64,000 nt of DNA from Leptolyngbyaceae cyanobacterium (GTDB lineage: Bacteria > Cyanobacteriota > Cyanobacteriia > Phormidesmidales > Phormidesmidaceae): positions 1 through 64,000 of the forward strand of contig JBHJHA010000017.1 of the NCBI GenBank assembly GCA_050331235.1, written 5' to 3'. Shown here one piece after another: positions 51,451 to 61,381 of the stretch. Below the pieces are notes generated by a model. It saw only the letters and a program-made list of their open reading frames with translations, was not told the origin of the DNA and did not search any database. The translations under genes were made by a program, and so were the position numbers. The stretch's first letter is position 1. Each line of letters opens with the position of its first letter.

Positions 51451-52673
51451 ATGAATTCATTCACGCCAGGCATCATTATTGCCCTTTTGATCATGTTTCT
51501 CATTGGCATTTTGGTCGGTTATTCCTTGGTGCAAAGACGCCTGCGTACCCATGCCGAAGAACTGAAAGTCACCCGCCGCCGATTAGACGAGATGGCACAG
51601 TCCCATGAGCTGCGGCTGCGGGAAGCGACCGACCAGTTACGACATGACTACGAAGCAGAATTGTCAGAAACCATCGAACATTATCAAGATCAGCTCTCCC
51701 AAAAATCGATTGAGATGGAGCAGATCTACGAAACCCGGTTTCGGGTATTGCAGCAGGGCAGTGGCGTAGCCGCTCCCCAATCATTAGCGACGGCCAATAC
51801 CGGATTGAGTGCAGTGCCGCCCCAGCGATCGCCGGTTGCGCCCCCCCCCGGCAAGGCATCGAACCGATTGCAGGCAATTCATCGGCAGGTTTGACGCCGC
51901 CAGAACTGCAGCATCTCAAGCGGCAATATGAGCTGCGCCTCAAAGAAGCAGCGCAAAAACTTCAAAAGGCTTACGAGACGCAGTTAGCCGAGCATGCGAA
52001 GACCACCAAAGCAGAGCTCAAGGCTGACTATGAACGACAAGTCGCCGCTAAATATCAGGAGTTCGAACGACAGTTTGCTGCTCGGCAAGCTGAACTGGAG
52101 CAACAGCTTGCCAGTTCGCCAGCTGAGTCGCCGACTTTGTCGTCAATGATGACGGGCAGCTACGCAGTGCCCACCCCAAGTGAGATCATGGGACGGGGTG
52201 AGGACACCACGGTGACCCTGGCTTCTTCAACACCGCCGGAACTGGGAGAGCCGGTCCCCCCAGTCGGCCAATATACGCAACACCAAGTAGACGAGCAGGT
52301 GCAAGCGGCCACCGAACAGGTGCAGGCTGAGCTAGAGCAGCGCTTGGCTGAACAGCTAGCAACGCAACAGGCCCAGTTTGATCGCCGTCTGCGGGAGCTC
52401 GAGGCCGAATATGCCCGACTAGCGGCAATACCTGAAACCACTACGCCCCAGACATCGGCAGATTTGGTGGACGACTTAGATGAAATCTTTGGCGATGCTC
52501 CCCCCGCGCCAGCGACGACAGAGATGCCGACGATGACGAACGAAGATGAAAGTTTGGTCGCGGATAACCCGTTGGAGATGACCAGCGGTGCTGAGGCAAC
52601 GACGAATAATCCCAATGACGATGACGATGATTTTGGGCCTTTAGACCTGAGCGACATTAGCCAGCTGACGTAA
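51451..52673 (+). pseudogene. Membrane-anchored coiled-coil protein split by a frameshift at a C9 tract (51841-51849)
   Basis: ORFs 51451-51894 and 51891-52673 join into one ~407-aa frame if one C is added. Both halves share 'E.RL.EA...L...YE..L.E' heptads. Confidence 0.7.
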
Positions 52674-52867
52674 TAGTTGATAAGCAGAGTTGTGGATTTG
52701 CTGCTGCTGGGGCGATCGCTCAGCAAGAGCAGAAATCTGGAATTAATGCGCCGAGCGATCGCCCAAAACGATAAAGTGAACGAGCTACCGTCATGCTGCC
52801 GCTGTTCCCGACGATGCCTGGCTGCAAGGGAGACCCTGGGGCAGCTTGATTGACATAAGGAGACTTC

Positions 52868-53287
52868 ATGACCCGCGCAATTATGGACACCGAGAAAGGC
52901 ACCATCAATTTAGAGCTGTTTGATGCTGCTGCCCCTAACACGGTCAAGAACTTTGTGGACCTTTCCCAGGCTGGCTTTTACGATGGCCTCAAGTTTCATC
53001 GGGTCATCTCTGATTTCATGATCCAAGGGGGATGCCCCAAAGGTACCGGCACCGGCGGCCCTGGCTATACGATTAAGTGCGAAATCAATGACAACAAGCA
53101 CGAAGCTGGTAGCCTATCGATGGCCCATCGTGGACCGGATACCGGGGGCAGCCAGTTTTTCATCTGCCATGCTCCCCAGCCGCACCTCGATGGTGTCCAC
53201 ACTGTCTTTGGCAAAACTGAAGACATGGACGTGGTCAACGCGATTCGTCAGGGAGACAAAATCAACTCAGTAAAAATCGAGATTTGA
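52868..53287 (+). CDS. Cyclophilin-type peptidyl-prolyl cis-trans isomerase
   Basis: 'AP.TV.NF', 'FYDG..FHRVI..FMIQGG', '[14 protein letters not shown]', '[10 protein letters not shown]'. Confidence 0.95.
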   Translation: MTRAIMDTEKGTINLELFDAAAPNTVKNFVDLSQAGFYDGLKFHRVISDFMIQGGCPKGTGTGGPGYTIKCEINDNKHEAGSLSMAHRGPDTGGSQFFICHAPQPHLDGVHTVFGKTEDMDVVNAIRQGDKINSVKIEI

Positions 53288-53328
53288 GCCCCGGCGCGCA
53301 AAGCTACTTGAAGCATCGCAGCTACCGA

Positions 53329-53361
53329 ATCAATGGCCCTTCAAGACGGAGGGCCATTGAT
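53329..53361. terminator. Hairpin between the convergent PPIase and egtD genes
   Basis: Perfect 12-bp stem atcaatggccct / agggccattgat. Confidence 0.65.
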
Positions 53362-53364
53362 CAG

Positions 53365-54429
53365 TCAGGACTTTTGGCACAACAAGAGCGCAAACTTTTG
53401 CTGCTGATCGGTAAAGGTATTGACTGTTTCCAGACCAAAAGTTGAAAGCTCCTGGGCGAGCTGATTTGGCTCAAATTTGCGAGAAATTTCGCTAAGCAAT
53501 TGTTCACCCTGGGCGAAGGTGATGGTCAGATTTAAGGCCTGTAAGGTGACTGTTTGGTCAGCCAAGCTTTCGATATACATTTCAATTTGGCGCTCAGCTT
53601 CGTTGTAACGAGCCACATGGCGAAACTGGTCGAGATCAAAATTTCCCTCAAATCGCCAGTTGAGATGGGTCAGCATGTTGAGATTAAAGTCGGCCGTAAC
53701 CCCTTGGCGATCGTTGTAGGCCGCTTCTAATGTGGGGGTGTCTTTGTGGCGATCGACCCCCAGCAGAAAATAATCGCCCTGGGTGAGTGCTTGACTCACC
53801 TGCTGAAAGAAGTGTCTCGCTAATTGCGGTGGTAGATTGCCAAGCGTGCTGCCGATGAAGGCAATCATCCGGCGTGGGAAAAGGGGACTCGGTAAGTGGT
53901 TCAGGGCTGCTTCATAGGTGCCGATGAGACCGTGAATTGTGAGGGTCGGATATTCCACTAGGAGGTCGCGGGCACTACTCTCTAAGATGCTGCCGCTCAC
54001 GTCGACGGGCACATACCTCAGCGGCGTGCCTTGGCGCTGATAGGCGTCAAACAGCAGTCGTGTTTTGCTGGCGCTACCGCTGCCCAGCTCAATCAGGTCA
54101 CAGGCCCCAATCGCTGCCGCGATCGCCTCGGCATAGGTCGCTAAAATCTGGCGCTCTGTGCGCGTTAGATAATACTCGGGCAGGTCGGTGATTTTTTCGA
54201 AGAGTTGAGACCCGTAGGCATCATAAAAATACTTCGGTGGTAGGGTTTTGGGTGCCTGAGTCAGCCCTGCGATGACGTCTTGCCCAGAGGATGCGGGGGT
54301 AGGGAGAGCATCCAGGGTGCGGTCTTCTAATGTGAAGCGATCGCCCAGCTCGACCATATCAGTGGGGGGCTGGTCAGCCCCCTTTGAAGTTTCAGGAACA
54401 GAAGGCGTAGAGTGGGAGTGAACTGGCAT
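53365..54429 (-). CDS. egtD: L-histidine N-alpha-methyltransferase
   Basis: 'K.LPPKYFYD..GS.LFE.I..LPEYY.TR.E', 'IELGSG..SKT', 'AYND..GVT..FN.N', 'EISRKF'. Confidence 0.95.
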   Translation of the reverse strand: MPVHSHSTPSVPETSKGADQPPTDMVELGDRFTLEDRTLDALPTPASSGQDVIAGLTQAPKTLPPKYFYDAYGSQLFEKITDLPEYYLTRTERQILATYAEAIAAAIGACDLIELGSGSASKTRLLFDAYQRQGTPLRYVPVDVSGSILESSARDLLVEYPTLTIHGLIGTYEAALNHLPSPLFPRRMIAFIGSTLGNLPPQLARHFFQQVSQALTQGDYFLLGVDRHKDTPTLEAAYNDRQGVTADFNLNMLTHLNWRFEGNFDLDQFRHVARYNEAERQIEMYIESLADQTVTLQALNLTITFAQGEQLLSEISRKFEPNQLAQELSTFGLETVNTFTDQQQKFALLLCQKS

Positions 54430-54497
54430 AGTATCTCGAAATTCGGCAGAGGATCTTCAAATCCCTGCATATTTTGACACTACAACCTGAGAAATCA

Positions 54498-55790
54498 CTA
54501 GGAACCTAGGGCACATCTAAATCCTGCGAAAGCCTGCTGCACATGGGGTTGGTACCAGTTTCGAAAGGTAGGGCGCAAGACCCAAGGCTGAGTCGCCCAG
54601 CTACCGCCCCGTAAAACCCGATGGGCCCGGTCAAAGTATGTCTGCGAGTATCCTTTGTAGGGAAATGCTTGGAAGCCCGGATAGTCGGTAAACCAAGAGC
54701 TCGTCCATTCCCACACATTGCCCAGCAAATCATCACAACCGCTAGCGCTGCGTCCCGCTGGGAACTGCCCCACCGGCGTTACCCCTCCGTGCTTGCCGCC
54801 ATAGTTCCCTTGGGAGGGATTTATGGGAGCATTGCCTCCGAGCATGGTTAGGGGATTGGCTGGGTAAGGTTGCCAACAGGCGGCTCGTTCCCACTCGGCT
54901 TCGGTGGGCAGGCGTTTACCCACAAAGCAGGCGTAGGCATCTGCTTCATACCAGCTCACGCCCCATACTGGAGCCTTGGCTAACTCGGCGTTTGTTTGCC
55001 AGTACAGGGGCTGACTAATGTCATATCGCTGCCGCCAAATCCAGCCCTGGGGGTGCCACCACTGGCTATTTTGATAGCCGCCTGCGGCGATGAAGCTGGC
55101 ATAGTCAGCCAGGGTAACAGGGGTTTGATCAATCCAAAAGTCATTGACTTGGACTGCGTGGTGAGGACGCTCATTGTCGAGGGCATCGACGCCATCGGCC
55201 CCGAGGGGTTGGGTGCCTCCAGGAATATGCACCATGCCATCGGTCGTGGTGGGGCCCCAGGCGGGCAATGCCGATGATGCAAAGACCTGAGGTGCAGAAT
55301 CGGGTATTGAAGGCGACCAGCGATGAAGTGTCAACAGATAAGTTGCGGTTTCGAGATGTTGACTTTCATGCTGCAACAGCCAGCGCCACAGCCGTAATTC
55401 CGCAGCCAGGGGAGCATGCTCTATGTAGGCCTGGGTGCGATCGCGGATATCAGCCATAAATCTCAGAATCGTTGAGAGGGCCGGGAGATTCTCACGCTCG
55501 GCTTTGGGCAACCCGTCCGCCGCAAATAAAGTTTGATACTGAGGATACGGGCAGCGCTGCTGTTGTAAATGCTCAAGCAGCCACAGCGATTCGGTGAAGG
55601 CGATGTGGCCTAGGTGCCAGCCAATGGGACTAAAGTCGGTGTGTGCCTGTTGACGAAATTCGGTTTCGCTGAGCTGCTGGGCAAACTCGAGGGTGCTTTG
55701 GCGACAGGCGCTCATATCAGCCCGCAGCGTTTGGCGTAACTCAGCGAGCGATCGCTCACTAGTCACCGAGGGGATAAAACTGGACGTCAC
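54498..55790 (-). CDS. egtB: Ergothioneine sulfoxide synthase (DinB_2 + FGE-sulfatase domains)
   Basis: Metal ligands 'WHLGH' and 'QHESQH'; 'GNVWEW', 'RGGSW', 'FRNWY'. GTG start at 55790 or 55766. Confidence 0.92.
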   Translation of the reverse strand: MTSSFIPSVTSERSLAELRQTLRADMSACRQSTLEFAQQLSETEFRQQAHTDFSPIGWHLGHIAFTESLWLLEHLQQQRCPYPQYQTLFAADGLPKAERENLPALSTILRFMADIRDRTQAYIEHAPLAAELRLWRWLLQHESQHLETATYLLTLHRWSPSIPDSAPQVFASSALPAWGPTTTDGMVHIPGGTQPLGADGVDALDNERPHHAVQVNDFWIDQTPVTLADYASFIAAGGYQNSQWWHPQGWIWRQRYDISQPLYWQTNAELAKAPVWGVSWYEADAYACFVGKRLPTEAEWERAACWQPYPANPLTMLGGNAPINPSQGNYGGKHGGVTPVGQFPAGRSASGCDDLLGNVWEWTSSWFTDYPGFQAFPYKGYSQTYFDRAHRVLRGGSWATQPWVLRPTFRNWYQPHVQQAFAGFRCALGS

Positions 55791-56553
55791 AGTTAGCGTT
55801 AATAGTAAACAACGAAGACTCAGCAACCGGCTCCCAGAGATCGTTAAACAGGGGCTCTGAGGCCACAATGACAGCATCGGGAAATTGCTGTGCCGCTTTC
55901 AGCCAGTATAGAGAAGGTGCTGGCTTCTGTGACGCGAGGCGCGCGCCTACTAACTGGTGCCCATCGCTCATGAGAATGTTAGCGGCCATGGCAGTATCGG
56001 CTGACTCCGCCAGTGCCAAGAGCTTGGTCAAGGTCCGCCGCAAGGCCTCGACCAAGGAAAGGTGGGGCTGCTGCGCCAAGGCCGTGAGGAGCCAACCAAA
56101 GATGTGCTCGGAGTCAGTACTGCCGTTGATGCCCGCATAGACGCGATCGCTCATCGCCTGCCGCATTGGCTGATAGAGGGTGTCTCGAAAGCGTTTGATG
56201 TAGCCATTATGGGTAAACAAGAGCTGGCCTGCCTGAAAAGGTTGGCAGTTGGCCAGGTCAATGGCCTGCCCAGGGGTCGCACTGCGGATATAGGTCAGTG
56301 CACAACCGGTGGCGACGTAGCGACACAGCGGCTCGAGGTTGATATCGTTCCAAATGGGCAAGATGTTGCGATAGGTAAACGGTGGTTTCTCTTGGGTCGG
56401 ATGATACCAACCCAAGCCAAAGCCATCGGCATTGAGCAATGCTTCATTGAGCTCCTGAGGGGCATAGGCCTGGACCACGAGGGAATGAGGCGGTTTCAGG
56501 ACGAGGGTATCTAGGTTAATTGGGGGGCCGATATATCCCAACAGACGGCACAT
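55759..56553 (-). CDS. egtC: Ergothioneine biosynthesis amidohydrolase (Ntn class II)
   Basis: N-terminal 'MCRLLGY', 'NADGFG.GWY', 'RSATPG', 'HNG', 'G.TDSE', 'ASEP'. Confidence 0.93.
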   Translation of the reverse strand: MCRLLGYIGPPINLDTLVLKPPHSLVVQAYAPQELNEALLNADGFGLGWYHPTQEKPPFTYRNILPIWNDINLEPLCRYVATGCALTYIRSATPGQAIDLANCQPFQAGQLLFTHNGYIKRFRDTLYQPMRQAMSDRVYAGINGSTDSEHIFGWLLTALAQQPHLSLVEALRRTLTKLLALAESADTAMAANILMSDGHQLVGARLASQKPAPSLYWLKAAQQFPDAVIVASEPLFNDLWEPVAESSLFTINANCDVQFYPLGD

Positions 56554-56682
56554 AGAAAAGTCAAAGATTAAGGGACGACCGGCGCTGAAGCCGAGGCTGT
56601 TCTATCTTCCCACGAAAATTTCATTTACTTCGCCGCCAGGCACAAGCGATCACGTCATGTATGCTAATCTATTAATCCTTAT

Positions 56683-56753
56683 GCGGGTGTAGTTTAGTGG
56701 TAAAACCCTAGCCTTCCAAGCTAATGATGGGGGTTCGATTCCCCCCACCCGCT
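56683..56753 (+). tRNA. tRNA-Gly (anticodon TCC), CCA not encoded
   Basis: Acceptor stem GCGGGTG/CACCCGC, D-arm 'TAGTTTAGTGGTAAAA', anticodon loop CT-TCC-AA, T-loop GGTTCGATTCC. Confidence 0.97.
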
Positions 56754-56819
56754 TTAAATCTTCCAGCTGCCTAGAATAGATGCATCGCAGACATCTCTAC
56801 CCGGTGGTGCCGTATCGTC

Positions 56820-58241
56820 ATGACTCCCCATGCCCCAGGGCCGACTCAGTTTTTAGATGCGCCCGAGCATCGTCACCTAGATGGCCCGAAAGCCAAAGGC
56901 CTCCGACGCAACTTACGCATCCTACGACTGATCTTGCAGCCGACCGGCTATATGGATGACAACGTTCGGCGCTATGGTACTTCGTTTCAGATTGGGGGCG
57001 ACAGTACGCCGCCTCTAGTGTATGTGGGTGATCCAGCATTGGTGCGAGAAGTGTTTGCTCTCAGTCCCGACCAAGCATCATCGGGGCAAAGCAATGGGGT
57101 TTTGCAAGCCATGGTGGGTGAAAACTCGATCTTGCTGCTGGATGGCGAACCACACCAGCGACAGCGCAAGTTACTGATGCCGCCATTTCATGGCGATCGC
57201 CTGCGGACCTATGCTCAGTTAATTAGCGAAATTACTCAACAAGTCAGTCAGACTTGGCAACCAGGACAAACCCTTGTAGCTCGACCACCCATGCAAGCAT
57301 TGACCCTGGGCGTCATCTTGCAAGTGGTCTTTGGGTTGCGTGAGGGGGAGCGGTTAGTCAAGCTTCAGCAGCTCATGGGCCGGTTGCTCGATGCGTTTGC
57401 CTACCCCATCACTTCGAGCTTTTTGTTTTTTCCAGTCCTACAGCAAGATTGGGGTGCATGGAGCCCGTGGGGGCGTTTTGTACGGCTACGGGAACAAATT
57501 CGGCAGTTGCTATATGCTGAGATTCGCGATCGCCGCCGCGAACTATCCCAGTCTGACGGTGAGGCCGCCGAGCGCTCGGATATTCTGACGTTGCTCCTTT
57601 TGGCGCGTGATGAAAGTGGCACTGCTATGAGCGATGCAGAGCTCCATGATGAACTGGTCACATTGCTGCTGGCGGGCCACGAAACCACTACCTCTGCGAT
57701 GGTTTGGTTGCCTTACTGGATTCATCACCAGCCCACCGTCGAGCAGCATCTACGGGCAGAGTTGGCTCATCTTGGTCCTCAACCTGACCCGATGGCGATC
57801 GCACAGTTGCCCTATCTCACGGCTGTCTGTCAAGAGACCCTGCGCATTTACCCGATCGCGCCGACTGCCTTCGTGCGGGTGCTGCATAAACCAATGACCC
57901 TAGCGGGTTACGACTTCGTCGCTGGTACGGCCTTGATGCCAGCGACCTACATCATTCACCAAAGCTCGGAGGTGTATGATCAGCCCCAGCAGTTTCGTCC
58001 TGAGCGGTTTTTGCAGCATCAATATCCTCCCCATGAATATTTGCCGTTTGGCGGTGGTAGCCGGCGATGCATAGGCTCAGCGCTGGCCATGATGGAACTT
58101 AAAGTGGGCATTGCCACCTTGCTGCAACAGTTTGAGCTCATGCTACCGTTTTCTCGTTCAGTCAAACCGGTGCGACGGGGATTGACCCTGGCTCCACCGG
58201 CTTCCCTCAAAATCAAAGTAAAGTCTTGCCCTGAGCATTGA
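56820..58241 (+). CDS. Cytochrome P450, CYP110-like
   Basis: I-helix 'AGHETT', 'ETLR', 'FRPERF', heme ligand 'FGGGSRRCIG'; 'RKLLMPPFHG.R'. Confidence 0.93.
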   Translation: MTPHAPGPTQFLDAPEHRHLDGPKAKGLRRNLRILRLILQPTGYMDDNVRRYGTSFQIGGDSTPPLVYVGDPALVREVFALSPDQASSGQSNGVLQAMVGENSILLLDGEPHQRQRKLLMPPFHGDRLRTYAQLISEITQQVSQTWQPGQTLVARPPMQALTLGVILQVVFGLREGERLVKLQQLMGRLLDAFAYPITSSFLFFPVLQQDWGAWSPWGRFVRLREQIRQLLYAEIRDRRRELSQSDGEAAERSDILTLLLLARDESGTAMSDAELHDELVTLLLAGHETTTSAMVWLPYWIHHQPTVEQHLRAELAHLGPQPDPMAIAQLPYLTAVCQETLRIYPIAPTAFVRVLHKPMTLAGYDFVAGTALMPATYIIHQSSEVYDQPQQFRPERFLQHQYPPHEYLPFGGGSRRCIGSALAMMELKVGIATLLQQFELMLPFSRSVKPVRRGLTLAPPASLKIKVKSCPEH

Positions 58242-58558
58242 GGACTCGCGATTCAGGTTGACTCGCCATCTATGAGGGCGGCTGAGGTGCAATGCAGGTG
58301 GCGGGGCTCGGTTCAAGGGAAGACCCGTCTGCAACCTACTGTTGACGCGACATGGCGGTTTGACTGAGTTGGTAACCAGCGAAAACTATACTCCCTGGCC
58401 GCGCTGCCGATGCTATTCGATAAACGTGTAGTGGCGGGGCTGCGCCAAACCAGCTATTCCAGCGGTTGCGAACGCGGTTGTCCTTACCTACCCGCTGACT
58501 GATGTCGTTTACTCGCCGCTCTTTTTAGGCTGAGAGGGATGTCTGTAACTTCTCTATC

Positions 58559-59221
58559 ATGTCGAGCCAAAGCTACGAAGACAAGTACACGAAGCCGGAT
58601 CTCCGTCGCCGCCTAAAGGAAGAAATCAAAGCCTCCGACAAAGGGGGAAAGCCGGGACAATGGTCAGCTCGAAAGAGTCAGTTGCTTGTGCAAGAATATG
58701 AAAAGCACGGTGGCGGCTATAAAAATGATCAGAAAGACGAGGCCGCCAAATCTTTGGAAGAGTGGACTGAGCAAAATTGGCAAACCCTAGATGGTGATCA
58801 GGCTCGTGGAGACGGGATTACCAAACGCTATTTGCCAGAAGAGGTTTGGGACAACCTGAGTGCAGCCGAAAAGCAAGAGGCTGAGCGCACCAAGGAAGCA
58901 GGATCAGCAGATGGGGACCAATATGTTGACTGGACGCCCGCCATCAAACAGGCTATGGCAGAAGCTGGTTACGCGCCCGACCCCAATGTCGATGAGCCCA
59001 CTAAACGCAAACTATATGAACAGGCTCAAGACTTAGATATCGCGGGCCGCAGCACTATGGATAAGTCAGAACTCAAAGACGCGATCGCCCAAGATGGCAT
59101 CGATCCAGATGCTACCAAGGATGAATTATACGAACAGGCCCAAGACTTGGATATTGAGGGTCGCAGCACTATGGATAAATCGGAACTCAAGGACGCCATT
59201 GCCGATGAGCGACGACCTTAG
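58559..59221 (+). CDS. DUF5872-like protein with two C-terminal Rho_N/HeH-like repeats
   Basis: 'YT.P.LR..LKEEI...DKGG.PGQWSARK.Q.L..EYE..GGGY', 'RYLP...W..LS..EK'; two 38-aa 'TK.ELYE.A..LDI.GRS.M.K.EL..AI' repeats (114-nt period). Confidence 0.8.
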   Translation: MSSQSYEDKYTKPDLRRRLKEEIKASDKGGKPGQWSARKSQLLVQEYEKHGGGYKNDQKDEAAKSLEEWTEQNWQTLDGDQARGDGITKRYLPEEVWDNLSAAEKQEAERTKEAGSADGDQYVDWTPAIKQAMAEAGYAPDPNVDEPTKRKLYEQAQDLDIAGRSTMDKSELKDAIAQDGIDPDATKDELYEQAQDLDIEGRSTMDKSELKDAIADERRP

Positions 59222-59953
59222 TGGGCAAAGAGTTCTAGAGAGGCTCAGTGCGGCAAATCATTTTGCCAGCTTTCTCAGCATTTGCTGTAGCAGACAGCAT
59301 ACTTCTCAATATGTTGTCGAATATCCTCATGACATTAAATTTGATGTTCAGAAATGAAGCTTGACTTAATCTTGAAACCTGACTCAATAGGGCAAATGAA
59401 ACAACTTCTCTACTGTCAGGTAGATGATCTTGGGGCAATGGCTTTGCCGGGTAATAGAGACTCTTCAACAAAAATGATTGAAAAGAATGCTTGAAATACC
59501 TATTTAAGAGACCTGTGTTGTTGGTCAATTGTTGAGTAAATCTCTCATGAGAGAGCTTGAAATCAGGACCAAAAATATCAACCGCTGCCGCGCTGTGCCC
59601 CAAAAAAAAGTCCTGCCAGCAAACATTTCATCCTCCTTCCTTGATTGAATATTAAGCTCAAGTGAAGACAAAAAGAGAAATCCTGAGCGGTCAAAAAGCG
59701 CTAAATTTAGCGTCTCGTTTGATGGCTGCCAGCAGCGGAAATAAGCCTTTTGATGTTTATGACAATATATTAAAAAACGTATTTTTTCTTGTCTTTAGTG
59801 ACTTAATCAAAACCTTAAAAAAACACATTGTTTACGCCATGGAGAAGCGACATCAATCAGAATGAAGTCTGTATTTAAGTCTGGTTATGACGGATAGTCG
59901 ACGACAGCGATTAGTGATCCGCTATCTGCAAGTTCCCACAGGATGATCACGCC

Positions 59954-60349
59954 ATGCCCTTCTCCCAAGACTATGTGCTCGTTTTAGATGAGCAGGAATC
60001 TCAACATCACCAGTCAGAATTGCCTGGCTTACTGGCCGACCTATATCCATTCGTCGTGACCTCTTCGGTGGAGCAGGCCGTCGAACAAGCTCAAAGGATG
60101 AATCCTTGTTTGGTGATTTTAGTCGGAGAAGATCCAGCTTGGTTTGAGCATCGCGTGAAGGCTTTGCGTCAGTCTGATCGAGTGCCGACTATGACGATCG
60201 TGGCGCTGACTGAGTCAGAATCGCCCCGATGGCAAAAATCTGAGCCTCCGGTCATGCTGGATGGATTTTTAGTCCAGCCACTAACCGATGACATTCTCGT
60301 TTCCTTGGTTCAGTCAGCAATTATCAAGCAGTCTTATCAGGCGTCGTAG
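59954..60349 (+). CDS. Atypical stand-alone receiver-like protein
   Basis: CheY-like pattern 'VLVLDE', 'P.LVIL', 'IVALT', 'DGFL..P', but without the phospho-acceptor Asp and conserved Lys. Confidence 0.7.
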   Translation: MPFSQDYVLVLDEQESQHHQSELPGLLADLYPFVVTSSVEQAVEQAQRMNPCLVILVGEDPAWFEHRVKALRQSDRVPTMTIVALTESESPRWQKSEPPVMLDGFLVQPLTDDILVSLVQSAIIKQSYQAS

Positions 60350-60988
60350 TCAATTTTGTCTGGCGATGACGCTTGCGGTCATCTCGTCGGGCAGGAGAGA
60401 CCGTAAACCTTGAAGATATGGGTAATCGCAATCCAAATATCGTGTGACTCCCGCGATTACTGGGGTGATCGCGCCTGAGATAACTAGCCATCGACCCGAA
60501 CAATTAAGTCACGCATTGGGTAATGGGCTTTACATCGCGGGAATAACATTTCTTGTTTATTAAGATAGAGAAGGTATAGCGATCGCCATAGAGATATGGC
60601 GGTTTGTCGATGAACACAGAGACATCTCAAAGCACGAGTCTTGTGCCTTGAACCTGTCCTCCGGCAGTCTGATTAGGCAAACCTGAATGTTGCTATATCA
60701 AGCGATCCCATAGGGCGATGATTTACCATTGCCCTAATAGCTAACTAGGCGATTTGTGAAAGGTCAGATCTAAAGCTCTTTTTGGCGTTGACGGCCTCAG
60801 CATTCCAGATTAAAACTTTCTTATGTGATCTCACTTTTTAAGCATTGCCCAGGAATCAGCATTTTGCTGTCGTTGTCTGACTGATGGTTACTCCTCACTT
60901 ATCGAAAGTGTCTTGTTAGCTCGGTCGTTATTCTCTACGGATGTTGTCATTAGTCCGAATGCCCCCTTAACGTTTGAGGATTAGGTGT

Positions 60989-61291
60989 TTGTTACCGAAA
61001 GTTATCGCCGAAAGCCAGGTTGAGCCGTTTAAGTTTTGGTTCAACAACAGTCTTCAAGACGGTGTCCATTTTCAGAATGAGCTTTACTTTCGGTTAAAAG
61101 AAAGCCCCATCTCTGAACGCGGTCACCTTTACCAATTAGCCTGCAAGTTGGCTCAGCGCGGGGGCGATGTGTTTATCACAGTGTCGCGGGGGCAATGTCG
61201 CTTGTGGGCTAACTTGCGTAACCAAAAAATGGTGGTCCAGAGCGTTGCCTCTAGGCTGGCCTTGCCAACCGTCGATAGCCTTATGCAGTAG
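60989..61291 (+). CDS. Small cyanobacterial hypothetical protein
   Basis: 'LP.VI.ES.V.PFKFWF....Q.G....NELY...R..LY..AC.L...C.LW.NLR'; TTG start with upstream GAGG. Confidence 0.7.
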   Translation: MLPKVIAESQVEPFKFWFNNSLQDGVHFQNELYFRLKESPISERGHLYQLACKLAQRGGDVFITVSRGQCRLWANLRNQKMVVQSVASRLALPTVDSLMQ

Positions 61292-61381
61292 CTGTTGGAA
61301 ACCATGCCGAAGCAGATGAAAGGACAAGACAACGGGGACAATCTGGTCCTAGAGGCTTAGGCGGGGTCTGCTCAAATCCAG

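Noticed and set aside
53365..58241. egtCBD plus P450 as a modified-ergothioneine pathway
   Set aside because: The P450 is divergent, separated by a tRNA and CYP110-like. egtBCD clusters are common in cyanobacteria.
59235..59865. ORFs 59235-59603(-) and 59662-59865(+)
   Set aside because: AT-rich, non-ATG starts and no motifs. More likely intergenic regulatory DNA.
56683..61300. Integrated element at tRNA-Gly
   Set aside because: No integrase, and I found no repeat of the tRNA 3' end. Downstream genes carry HIP1 like the rest of the host DNA.
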